A DNA stretch of 64,000 nucleotides. Source: an uncultured Gemmatimonadales bacterium (GTDB lineage: Bacteria; Gemmatimonadota; Gemmatimonadetes; Gemmatimonadales; Gemmatimonadaceae). Location of the stretch: the NCBI GenBank assembly GCA_963793305.1, contig CAWBZV010000003.1:1472001-1536000 (forward strand), in the 5' to 3' direction. A program made the translations under genes and the position numbers. The notes under the pieces were generated by a model, which was not told the DNA's origin, did not search any database, and saw only the letters and a program-made list of their open reading frames with translations. Below, in pieces: positions 33,893-43,192 of the stretch; the stretch's first letter is position 1; the number at the start of each line of letters is the position of its first letter.

Positions 33893-34515
33893 GGGCGAAG
33901 AGCGTGGAAAAAGAAGTCGCGGATTTCCGCGGTGACGCGCTCGTCGGAGTACTTCGCGATCTCCGGCACGTAGTCCCGCATGCCGCACCACACACCGTGA
34001 GCGTGGAACAGCGCGAACAGGAGTCGTGCCGCGACCGCCGGGTCGACCTGGCGAAACTCGCCGGCCTCGACGCAGCGACCAATGAGTCGCGTGACCAGTC
34101 CGTATTTCCGTCGGACCACCTCGTCCATGTAGAACTGCGCGAGCTCAGGAAACCGTTGCAACTCCCCAATCACGAGCCGCGCAATCGTCCGCACGACGGG
34201 CTGGCGCACGAATTCCCAGTGCTCGGCCATATACGACTCGAGCTGCTCGATCGCGGTCCCGGTGTGCTGCTCGAGCGTGCGCTCCTCGTGCTCAATGCGC
34301 GTAATGAGCGTGAGGCGCACCATCTCTTTGAACAGCGCCTCTTTGTTCGGGAAATACAAATAGATGGTGCCTTTCGAGACACCAGCGCGCTTCGCGATGT
34401 CTTCCAGCCGCGCGCCCGCCAGCCCGCGCTCGCCGAAGACCTCGATAGCCGCATCTATGATCTGGTGGGGGCGCTCCTCGGGGAGCCGCCGCCACTTGGG
34501 TTCTTGGAGTGTCAA
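33880..34515 (-). CDS. TetR/AcrR family transcriptional regulator
   Basis: [13 protein letters not shown]...[26 protein letters not shown]. Confidence 0.95.
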   Translation of the reverse strand: MTLQEPKWRRLPEERPHQIIDAAIEVFGERGLAGARLEDIAKRAGVSKGTIYLYFPNKEALFKEMVRLTLITRIEHEERTLEQHTGTAIEQLESYMAEHWEFVRQPVVRTIARLVIGELQRFPELAQFYMDEVVRRKYGLVTRLIGRCVEAGEFRQVDPAVAARLLFALFHAHGVWCGMRDYVPEIAKYSDERVTAEIRDFFFHALRPCDD

Positions 34516-34537
34516 TGAAGGGGCCTAGAGACCGTAG

Positions 34538-34551
34538 TGACCGACGGGTCA
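34538..34551. promoter_or_regulatory. Putative TetR autoregulatory operator TGACC-N4-GGTCA
   Basis: Perfect 5-bp inverted repeat about 22 nt upstream of the TetR start codon. Confidence 0.55.
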
Positions 34552-34597
34552 GTTAGTACGGTTAAGGCAGGGGAAGTTCCCCCGTCGCCGCCTCCTG

Positions 34598-34631
34598 GTA
34601 GGGCTGCCGAGCTGACGCTCGTCAGCCCGAC
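34598..34631. repeat. GTAG-capped palindrome (REP-like)
   Basis: GTAGGGCTGCCGAGC-tgac-GCTCGTCAGCCCGAC; core stem matches at 11 of 12 positions. Confidence 0.5.
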
Positions 34632-34672
34632 TATTTGAACTGGAAAGGCCTATCGGGACCGCGCTCCAGCGG

Positions 34673-35611
34673 CTAGACCTCGGCGACCATCGCCTTCGCG
34701 AACTGCTCGACGGTTACGACCGGCGCGTCGGTCGGACTGCGTGAGAGATCGGACCATTGGGATTCGAGCGCCGCTGGGTGTTGCTCGATAAGGTCACGCA
34801 ACGCGCTCTCCACCGCGTACTCCGTCACGTGGCGCTCTTGAGCCCCCGTAGTCCAGTCGAGAAGAGAGGCGGCGAAAATAAAGCGAGCCCTCCAGTCTAT
34901 CCATCGTGGCGTTCGGGGTATCAAGCCATCCCACATCGCGCGGACAATGCGGTGGTGAAGCGTGCTGTCGCCGGTAGGGAGCACAGATCTCACAAACGTC
35001 GCTTCGGTAAGATCGCGAGTGGCTTTCCGCACGGCCGCCGGCGTATAGTCCGTCACGGCTGCAATGCCCGCAATTGTTGCTGCGGCCTCATGAGTGCAGA
35101 GCAGAAATGCCAGCAAGTCCGCCTTGATGCCGACCCCGAAAGCGAGGCGCAATCGCAGCGTCAGTGCCGCTGGTTCGTTTGCGGACACACGGACCGCGCG
35201 GGGTTTATTGCGACGACGTTCAATTGGTTCAGTGTCGGCGAGGAGCGATTTCCAGCGATGGTCCTTGGCCTCCTGAAACGCGATACGCGCCAACGCGGTG
35301 AGACGCGATTGTGTCGATAGAGGATAGCGGGACGCGAGGTTGCGCATCCGTTGGACGCTCAAGACGTCCGCATTGATCGCGGTCCAGTCTGAGAGCACGT
35401 CGTAGAGGCGAGGCTCCGAGGGAGCCAACGTAAGCGACATGAGAACGAGCGACTCGGGATCTACGAGCGCATTCGCGCGGACTCGCACGGAAGCCATGCC
35501 TCCAACGACGCTCCACTGGCTCCATACGACCTCCGCCGTCGCGCTCACCAAGTGCTTGCGGAGGTCCGCCAGCAAGGCGCGGCTAGACGAACCCGAGCTG
35601 TTTCCCGGCAT
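34673..35611 (-). CDS. Hypothetical protein with internal HTH-like segment; putative partner (antitoxin-like) of the DUF6036-like protein
   Basis: Overlaps the NTase stop; TIAGIAAVTDYTPAAVRKATRDL HTH-like pattern; VWSQWS, DPESLV, LRLRLAFGVGIKAD. Confidence 0.7.
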   Translation of the reverse strand: MPGNSSGSSSRALLADLRKHLVSATAEVVWSQWSVVGGMASVRVRANALVDPESLVLMSLTLAPSEPRLYDVLSDWTAINADVLSVQRMRNLASRYPLSTQSRLTALARIAFQEAKDHRWKSLLADTEPIERRRNKPRAVRVSANEPAALTLRLRLAFGVGIKADLLAFLLCTHEAAATIAGIAAVTDYTPAAVRKATRDLTEATFVRSVLPTGDSTLHHRIVRAMWDGLIPRTPRWIDWRARFIFAASLLDWTTGAQERHVTEYAVESALRDLIEQHPAALESQWSDLSRSPTDAPVVTVEQFAKAMVAEV

Positions 35612-36186
35612 AGGCGAGGAGCTCGTCGAGTATGAGGTGGAATTCCGGCGAGTCGTTTTGCGGCCGTATCCAATCCGCTGCCGCGGAGAGTTCGTGGCTC
35701 GACGGGGACAGCGCGATCAAGTCCTTGTAGTGCACACTGCGTGGTGTCGCGTGATCGGCGGCGGCGTACAGCTTGAAGAAGATCAGATCAAAGCGCGACG
35801 CGAGCCCAACGTCGAGACCAAGATCAGGAGCGTCCGGGGGCCCATAGTGCCGCCACCGGAGGCGACCCTCGAGGCCATTGGGGAGGCCTTGCTGCCATTG
35901 CAACGAGGGGCCCGTGTTCATCCATCGATCGTCTAGGGCGAGGTCGCGAGCCACCGTAGCGATGGCACGCGCTAGCGCCGCCGGCATGAGCTCTGGTGGC
36001 TCGATCAGTCCCTGCTCCCGAAATGCAAGTATATCGACATTCTGCGGTCGGCCGATCGACAATGCCGAGCAAGTTCAGCGCGGCTCCTCCGATCACGACA
36101 ATCGCGTATTGCTCGCCCGCGAACGCCAAAAGCTCAGCGACGCGCTGGAGTGCTGTCTCGATAGTTACAGTAGATTTTAGCTCCAT
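35583..36186 (-). CDS. DUF6036-like nucleotidyltransferase (type IV TA toxin-like fold); +1 frameshift at 36040-36041
   Basis: VVIGGAAL...RPTADVDIL (after correction), WMNTGP, DLIFFKLYAA, HYKDL. Confidence 0.75.
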
Positions 36187-36216
36187 AATAGATCGCATTA
36201 AGATCTATTATAGAGC
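36180..36216. promoter_or_regulatory. AT-rich inverted-repeat operator overlapping the NTase start codon
   Basis: GCTCCATAATAGATC-gcattaa-GATCTATTATAGAGC: 15-bp arms, one mismatch, 7-nt spacer. Confidence 0.65.
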
Positions 36217-36266
36217 GTCACGCTGGGTGTGTCAATATCCCATGAGAGCCTAGGTTCATTCGGGAA

Positions 36267-36434
36267 TTAGGATGTGGCCGCGGGCGGCGTCTCAGTCGCC
36301 TCGTAATGCTTATTCGTCACGACGACGATCGAATAGAGCAGCGCGAACAAAACGATCGCGCCGAGGATGAGGCCCGTGTACGCCGGCCGCGTGTCCGGCC
36401 CGCCGCTAGGCGCGGCGTCGTGGTGTTCGCTCAT
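36267..36434 (-). CDS. Small single-TM protein (55 aa; below the ORF-track cutoff)
   Basis: [59 protein letters not shown] overlap with the cyclophilin stop. Confidence 0.75.
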   Translation of the reverse strand: MSEHHDAAPSGGPDTRPAYTGLILGAIVLFALLYSIVVVTNKHYEATETPPAATS

Positions 36435-36892
36435 GCCACCCGTACCTTTGTCATGTGATCGTTCTGCTTGATCTGCCGCATGACATCGAGTCCTTGCGTG
36501 ATCTTGCCGAACACAGTGTGCTTGCCGTTGAGATGCCGCGTGCTGCTATCGTCGAGCACCAGGAAGAACTGTGAGCCACCAGTGTCCTTCCCGGCATGCG
36601 CCATGGACAGTGCGCCGACTTCATGCGTGCGCGGATTGTCCTGGGTCTCGCACTTGATGTGATATCCGGGTCCGCCCGAGCCAATGCGCGTATCGCCGAC
36701 CGGCAAATCGCGCGACTGCGGGTCGCCGCCCTGCACCACAAAATTGGGCACGACGCGATGAAATTTCACGCCGTCGTAGAATCCTTGATTCGCCAGCTTC
36801 TCGAAATTCGCCACGGTCCCCGGCGCGTCCGCATCGTACAGCTCGGCCACGATGGTCCCGCGGTTGGTTTCGATGGTTGCGTGTTTCGTCAT
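36431..36892 (-). CDS. Cyclophilin-type peptidyl-prolyl isomerase
   Basis: [47 protein letters not shown]. Confidence 0.95.
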   Translation of the reverse strand: MTKHATIETNRGTIVAELYDADAPGTVANFEKLANQGFYDGVKFHRVVPNFVVQGGDPQSRDLPVGDTRIGSGGPGYHIKCETQDNPRTHEVGALSMAHAGKDTGGSQFFLVLDDSSTRHLNGKHTVFGKITQGLDVMRQIKQNDHMTKVRVA

Positions 36893-36902
36893 GGGCCGAA
36901 AC

Positions 36903-37586
36903 CTATACCCGGAACGCCGACGGGCAAATGTCGGCCAGGACGCACCCCGCACAGTTGGGCTTGCGGGCGAAGCACACCCGACGCCCGTGGAAAATGAGCA
37001 GATGCGAAAAGATCGTCCAATCGCGCCGCGGCACGACGGGCATGAGATCGTCCTCGATCTTGACCGCGTCGGTATTCGCGGTCAACCCGAGGCGCTTGGA
37101 GAGCCGGGTCACGTGAGTGTCGACGACGATGCCCTCGTTCTTGTCGAAGGCGTTTCCGAGAACGACGTTCGCCGTCTTCCGGCCGACGCCGGGTAAGCCC
37201 ACCAGCTCGTCCATCGTGCTCGGCACCGCGCCGCCATGGCCATCGCTGACGCCCTTCGCCGCGCCGATGATCGACTTGGTCTTGTTGCGAAAGAACCCGG
37301 TCGACTTGATGATCGTCTCGACCTCCTCCGGATTCGCCACGGCGAGATCGGCCGGCGTCGCATACCGCGCAAACAATGCGGGGGTCACGAGATTCACCAT
37401 GCGATCCGTACTTTGCGCACTCAGGATCGTCGCGACGAGCAGCTGCCACGGCGTCGTGAAATCGAGCTCCGTGTGCGCGTCGGGATACGCCTTCTTGAGT
37501 CGACGGACGACCTCGCGGACGTGCGTTTCGAGCCCTTTGCCGCGGAATACCTTCACGCGGGCCACTTTCGCTTTCTTGACCGGCAT
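36903..37586 (-). CDS. nth: Endonuclease III
   Basis: [13 protein letters not shown], Hh[16 protein letters not shown], 4Fe-4S C-x6-C-x2-C-x5-C. Confidence 0.95.
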   Translation of the reverse strand: MPVKKAKVARVKVFRGKGLETHVREVVRRLKKAYPDAHTELDFTTPWQLLVATILSAQSTDRMVNLVTPALFARYATPADLAVANPEEVETIIKSTGFFRNKTKSIIGAAKGVSDGHGGAVPSTMDELVGLPGVGRKTANVVLGNAFDKNEGIVVDTHVTRLSKRLGLTANTDAVKIEDDLMPVVPRRDWTIFSHLLIFHGRRVCFARKPNCAGCVLADICPSAFRV

Positions 37587-38041
37587 CAGTCCTCGACGCC
37601 CGCGGCGTCCCGCAACCGGTCCACGAGCTCGTGCAACTGCCGCTCGGCCCCCTCGATCTCCTGCGCCGCACCCTCCATGTCCAGCAGGCCGGCCCGCATG
37701 GAAATCGACAGCTGATTCATGTAGCGGATCTTGGCCAGCATCTCATCCGTGACCTTGCGCAGCGCGTGAAATCGGCGCTTCTCGGCCACCGCCCGATGAT
37801 AGCGGTGCACGAGATCGTCTCCCGTCAGCTTCTGCGCGAGCTCGAGGGAATCGTCGGGCGTCCGCCCGCAGAACGCCGCGCGATCGGGAATCCCCGCGTC
37901 ATCCCACGAGGTCTCGGTGAACCACAAGCGCCCGACGTATTCAATGCCGTCGTGCGACACGCGCAACGTGACATCGATCTCCCGGCCGTCGACGGTGATC
38001 GCCGAGACGTGTGGCGGCTGCTCGAAGTGCGAGATCGTCAC
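37586..38041 (-). CDS. Hypothetical protein (151 aa)
   Basis: Coupled to neighbours by overlapping start/stop codons; beta-rich N-terminal half, helical C-terminal half. Confidence 0.7.
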   Translation of the reverse strand: MTISHFEQPPHVSAITVDGREIDVTLRVSHDGIEYVGRLWFTETSWDDAGIPDRAAFCGRTPDDSLELAQKLTGDDLVHRYHRAVAEKRRFHALRKVTDEMLAKIRYMNQLSISMRAGLLDMEGAAQEIEGAERQLHELVDRLRDAAGVED

Positions 38042-38892
38042 GGGTCAGCCTCCGTGGCATCGAGGAAGCGATCGACAGCGGTAAACAGTGCCGCGGGCTG
38101 CTCGACGTAAGGAACATGCCCGCAGTCATCGATGGCCACGAGCTCCGCGCCAAGATCCCAGGCGACGTCCTCCGATGACGCCAGCGGCACCGGGTCCTGA
38201 CGCCCGTGCACGACCAGCGCCCGGCAGTGGATGTTGGCCAGCTGCGGCCGGATGTCGTAGTCCGCGAGGCTCTCCCAGACCGATTGCTGGACTCGTCCCA
38301 TGACTCGAAATGGTGTCAGATCGTGGGCCCGCGCCCGATTTGCGAAATACCCGGCTACGCTCAGTTCGAACGCCCGCTGGCGGTACGCATCGGGGTCGCG
38401 TGCCGCGAGTCCCGACTGTTGCAGCGCGGTGCGCTCACCCGCCACCGCCTGCTGCCGCGCCGACATGTTGGCCTCGAACTCCGCACGATACTGTCGCGTG
38501 ATGGGCGCCGGGTCAATCAGGACGAGACGCCGCGGCCGAACCGCGCCCGTTCCCGCCGCCAGGAGCGCCAACAGCGCGCCCCACGAGAATCCGACGATGG
38601 ACGGCGACTCCAACTGGAATTCGGCGACAACAGCCGCCAGATCCTCGACCTGGGTACGCCAGGTGATCGCGCCTGGCGCCGGCGATCGGCCTCCGCCACG
38701 CTGGTCGTAGAACGTCGTTTCACGGCGCTCGGCCAGGTGCAGCAACTGGGGCTGTAGGTACCGCTGGTCAGCCCCAGGACCGCCGTGCACAACAAGTAAG
38801 CGCGACCCGCCGCCCCAGGAGGCCCAATAGAGCGGGACAGGTGTCGTGGCGGTAAACCCTTCTACCCGCGGCGCCGGGATCGGGAGAGGCAC
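38038..38892 (-). CDS. alpha/beta hydrolase (proline iminopeptidase-like, S33)
   Basis: HGGPG, YDQRGGGRS, GFSWG, HGRQD, CGHVPYVE. Confidence 0.88.
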   Translation of the reverse strand: MPLPIPAPRVEGFTATTPVPLYWASWGGGSRLLVVHGGPGADQRYLQPQLLHLAERRETTFYDQRGGGRSPAPGAITWRTQVEDLAAVVAEFQLESPSIVGFSWGALLALLAAGTGAVRPRRLVLIDPAPITRQYRAEFEANMSARQQAVAGERTALQQSGLAARDPDAYRQRAFELSVAGYFANRARAHDLTPFRVMGRVQQSVWESLADYDIRPQLANIHCRALVVHGRQDPVPLASSEDVAWDLGAELVAIDDCGHVPYVEQPAALFTAVDRFLDATEADP

Positions 38893-38904
38893 CCAACGAA
38901 AATA

Positions 38905-41649
38905 CTATCGGCCGAGCCAGTAACTGAACTTGATGATGAAAATGTCGTCCGGGATCGACCGGAAGAGGGCATTCTCGCCGTGCCCGAGCGCAAAGTCGGC
39001 GGTCGGCGTGTAGAGGTTCGTGTTCGCCCGGGTCTGCTGCCAGACGAGATAGATGGTCGACCCACGCCGATACTCCCACCGGAGCACGGCATTCCCGCGC
39101 AACAATCGCGTATTGAAGTCGGGATTCAACGTCTGATACGCGGTGGCGCCGCCAACGGGGTCGATCTGGACGTTCCCGTTCGACAGCAGCGTCGACGGAT
39201 CGACCGTCATGGCCACCTGTCGCCAATGCGAGAACTCGCTGAAGTCGTAGTAATGCCCGGTGCCGAGCAAGGGCTGGGCGTAGACCTGCAGGGAGAGCGA
39301 CGGCGTGAACGTCACGTTGACGCGCGTGTCCATCGACAGCGTCGACTGATGCAGCGACGAGAAAATGTACCGGCTTCCGTAATACACCCGCGGCGACAAC
39401 ACGTCTTTTCCGGCGACGGCGATCGTCGTGTCGTACTGGTTGTTCGTCCAGTAGACGTCGAGCGTCGGACCAAAGCTCAATGTGACGTTCGATGCGGGCT
39501 TGAGGAGCAGCGTCACTTGCGGCGTCCACTCGCGCTCGGGCGCGTTGACGCCCGCCGGAGTGCTCGACGTTCGCGCTCAACACCATGGCCTTGCGATTGT
39601 CGGTGTTGGCGAAGACGTTGAAGTCGTTGATGCCGCGCTGCTCGAACACGGGCCCGCCACGCGCGATCTGGTCATTGAGCGTCGTCGGCCGGTGGATCAC
39701 GAAGCCCTGGACGTGCCAGAAGTTCGGCAGGTCCATGCCGATGAACGCGTGATATTGGACCATCGTGAGGTCGCCATCGGCGTTGTACTGCCGCTGCGTG
39801 CCGATGGTCGTATAAATGTTCCGATACCACGAGTGCGGATGCGTCCACTGGCGGCCGAGGTTCGCGCCGAAGTACTCGTAGTCCGCTCGCCGCTGGAATG
39901 CCAGGTCGTTCACCTCGAACCCGGGACTCCGAAGGTTCGTCGCGGCTTCCCACAGCCAGTCGCCGTTGTCCTTGGCGAGTCGGAGATAGCTCCCCCAGCC
40001 TCTGAGCAACGTCATCGTCGTATCGTACCGATCGTCGAAGAGCCCACCGACGACAGACTTGCGATCGGGCCGTTGGAAGTAATGCGCGCTCGACTGCATC
40101 GTGTGCTCGATCGCCGTCGGGCTGCCCGCGACGTCCGTGACGGCGACGCTTCCCATCAGCGAGTAGTTCCGATTGTTCCACGTATGCAGGAAGTCGATAC
40201 CCGCGGCCTCGGCGTGCGTGTGCAGGCTGTCGCGGAGCGTGTCCGTATCCAGGCTGCGCGCGGTCGAGGTGACCATTGCGCCCACGACGGTCGCGCCCTG
40301 GCGGAACTCTTGCTTGACGCGACCGACGAAGTAGTTGCTCAACGGCTCGACGATCGTGCGCCAGATCTCGTTCGGGTTGCGTCGGCGTGCCGACGAAGTG
40401 CGCGCTCTCTTGGTTCGTCAGCGCGTCGAGCACGCCGATCGAGAGGCCGTCTTGCGTCCGACCCGTGATCTTCGCGGCGCCGAGAATTTGCGTGTTGGAT
40501 GGCACGCTGTAGTAGGCCGTGGACGAGCTGTTAATGATGTTCCCCGACAGCTGCGGCGTCCGCCCGATCCGGCGCGAGTAGAAGAGGCTCATCGACTCGA
40601 CATTGCTGCAGAACATGCAGTTGAAGCCGCCGTAGTCGAACGCGTTCGCGCCCGACACGAAAAATGGTCGCTTCTCCGGGTAGAACGTCTCGAATGGGCT
40701 CAGGTTGATGACGGCCGGGTCCAGGTCGACCTGCCCGAAGTCCGGATTGACGGTGGCGTCGAGCGTCAGACTCGAACTCAAGAGGTACTTGAGATCGCCG
40801 CCGGCCCGAATCTGTTGCCGGTTGACCGGGTCGATCGGATTGCCCCGATTGAGGCCGGTCGCCTCCTCTTGGGCGAGGGTATAGGGCAGGAGCTCGAGTT
40901 GGCCGGGACGGTGGTCGATGACGAGCCCCGTGAGATGCCCGAAGCGCGACGCGCCACTCGCCTCGTTGCGCTTGTAGAACGCCCACTGATCGCGCTCGTT
41001 GAGCCGATCGATCACGCGCACGATCTGCAAGCCCCACGTCTGGTTCGTATCTCTCGAAAACCGCAGTTGCGAAAACGGGATGCGAATCTCGGCGGTCCAG
41101 CCCAGTGAGTCGATGCGGGTAGCGACCTGCCAGATCGGGTCCCACGACGGGTCGAGACAGTTCTGACCGACCGCGTACTGGTCGCCGATCACGCCCGAGG
41201 GGTTGACCTCGAAGACGTCGCGCGTGAGGTGATCATGATAGGGGTCGAGCGTGATCGTCAGCTTGTCCGATGTAATCTGCGCCTGCGGCCCGCACTCCTG
41301 ATCGAGCAGGTCGTCGCGGCGTGCCAGCCGCGTCCGGACGCCGGGCGCGCCCAGCGAGTCGTACATGCGGGCGCCGATGTACAGCGCGTCATCATCGTAG
41401 AGAAAACGCACTTCGGTGCGCTGCGTCCCGGGTGGGCCCTCGGCCGGTTGCGTTTGCTGGAACGTCGTCGCGGCCGGCGCCGTCTGCCACGCGGGCTCAT
41501 CCAGCTTTCCGTCGAGCGTGATCTCACCCGTGAGTCGCACGGCGCGCACAAGAGGCGGCGGCGTAGCATGGACATATCCGCTCCCGGTCTGAGCGGCAAC
41601 AGAATGACCAAGCGCAGACCAATACGAAACACGCAGCGTTCCGGAGCAC
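38905..41649 (-). CDS. CBM9-like domain plus DUF5916 outer-membrane protein; +1 frameshifts near 39570, 40371 and (predicted) 41603
   Basis: LDGKLDEPAW, RTEVRFLYDDDALYIG, WTAEIRIPFSQLRF, LDATVNPDFGQVD, PEKRPFF, LFYSRRIG, NAVLRWEYRRGSTIYLVW, C-terminal KFSYW. Confidence 0.85.
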
Positions 41650-41720
41650 GCCAACTTGGACGCACGAAACAACTAAAAGGTTTGATAGCCTTGCGGCGCC
41701 GGGGTTGTAAATTGGACCCC

Positions 41721-43055
41721 ATGTCGACCTCCCTCTCACTCGTCGCCGCATCAGTCTTGACGGCGTGCACGCTGGCTGCGCAGCAGCCGAGCGCCCCGGT
41801 TGTCACCGTGCTCCACGCCGCGAAGCTGTGGGATGGCACCGGCGCGCCGCCGATCTCCAATGCGGTCATTGTCGTGACAGGAGACCGTATCACCGCGGTC
41901 GGCCCTGCGTCGAAAGTGTCAATTCCGGCAGGCGCCCACACGCTCGATCTGGGCTCCGCCACCTTGGTGCCGGGGTTTATCGACGCCCACACGCACATTA
42001 TCGGTCGGACCCTGAGCGACCCGGCCGAAGACGAAGCGGTCGTCAAAGATTACCAGAGCTACGGCGCGATCATCGGCGTATCCAACGCGCGAAAGACCCT
42101 GATGGCGGGATTCACGTCGATCCGCAACGTCGGTGCGCCGGGCTTCGATGACATGGCGCTGCGCGCGGCCGTCGACGCCGATGTCGTTCCGGGACCCCGG
42201 ATGGAAAACGCGGGTCATGCCACTGGCATCACCGGCGGCCACTGCGACGAGAACGGCTGGCGCCCCGGCCTCGAGGACCACGACTACCGCGACGGTGTGG
42301 CCGATGGTGCGGATGAGGGACGCAAAGCCGTCCGCTATCAGGTGAAGTACGGCGCCGACGTCATCAAGATCTGCGCATCGGGCGGCGTGCTGTCCGAGGG
42401 TGATGCCGTCGGTGCCACGCAATACACGCTCGAGGAAATGAAGGCCATCGTCGACGAAGCGAGAAAGCTCGGACGCAAGGTCGCCGCACACGCTCACGGG
42501 ACCGAGGCGATCAAGCTCGCCGTGCAGGCCGGCGTCTCGTCGATCGAGCACGGCTCGTTCCTCGACGAGGAAGGAGCGAAAATGATGGTGGCGCACGGCA
42601 CGTATCTCGTGCCCACGCTGTCGGCCGGCGAAGTGGTCGAGAACGCTGCGAAAAGCGGCCGGCTCAAGGGCCTGCGGGCACAGAAGGCCATGGCGGCGGC
42701 ACAGTCGATCCGCAACTCGATCAAGCTCGCCGTCCGGTTGAACGTCCTCATCGCCCTCGGCACCGACGCCGGCGTCGGAGAGCACGGCGCCAACGCACGG
42801 GAGTTCCGCCTCATGGTCGACTGGGGTGGCATGACCCCCACCCAGGCTCTCATTGCTGGCACATCCAGCGCCGCCAAACTGCTCGGATGGCAGGACCGGG
42901 TTGGGACCCTGGAGGCAAACAAATACGCCGACATCGTCGCCGTCCCCGGCGACCCCACGAGCGACATCACGGTAACTGAGCACCCGGTGTTCGTCATGAA
43001 GGGCGGAAGGATCTACAAAGCCCCCGAAGGAACGCAGACTGCCTTGATGTTCTAG
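41721..43055 (+). CDS. Secreted amidohydrolase (Xaa-Pro dipeptidase-like)
   Basis: Signal peptide, PGFIDAHTH, GGHCD, DVIKICASGG, AAHAHG, SIEHG, GTDAG. Confidence 0.92.
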   Translation: MSTSLSLVAASVLTACTLAAQQPSAPVVTVLHAAKLWDGTGAPPISNAVIVVTGDRITAVGPASKVSIPAGAHTLDLGSATLVPGFIDAHTHIIGRTLSDPAEDEAVVKDYQSYGAIIGVSNARKTLMAGFTSIRNVGAPGFDDMALRAAVDADVVPGPRMENAGHATGITGGHCDENGWRPGLEDHDYRDGVADGADEGRKAVRYQVKYGADVIKICASGGVLSEGDAVGATQYTLEEMKAIVDEARKLGRKVAAHAHGTEAIKLAVQAGVSSIEHGSFLDEEGAKMMVAHGTYLVPTLSAGEVVENAAKSGRLKGLRAQKAMAAAQSIRNSIKLAVRLNVLIALGTDAGVGEHGANAREFRLMVDWGGMTPTQALIAGTSSAAKLLGWQDRVGTLEANKYADIVAVPGDPTSDITVTEHPVFVMKGGRIYKAPEGTQTALMF

Positions 43056-43060
43056 GGGGG

Positions 43061-43093
43061 TCCGGGGGGCGTAGTTGGGGTTTGCCCCCCGGA
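43061..43093. terminator. Perfect 10-bp GC hairpin directly after the amidohydrolase stop
   Basis: TCCGGGGGGC (43061-43070)/GCCCCCCGGA (43084-43093); no U-tract. Confidence 0.45.
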
Positions 43094-43192
43094 GGCGAAC
43101 CGACCAGTCGAGCAGCGCTAGCTGCATCGACGAGCCGCGGAGCGGCTCAATAGCCGTTACCTCCCCACGTGGCCGCGGGTCTGTCTTGAGGC

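Noticed and set aside
34560..36260. Cassette as an IS element or integrative element
   Set aside because: No transposase, integrase, tRNA target or flanking direct repeats seen
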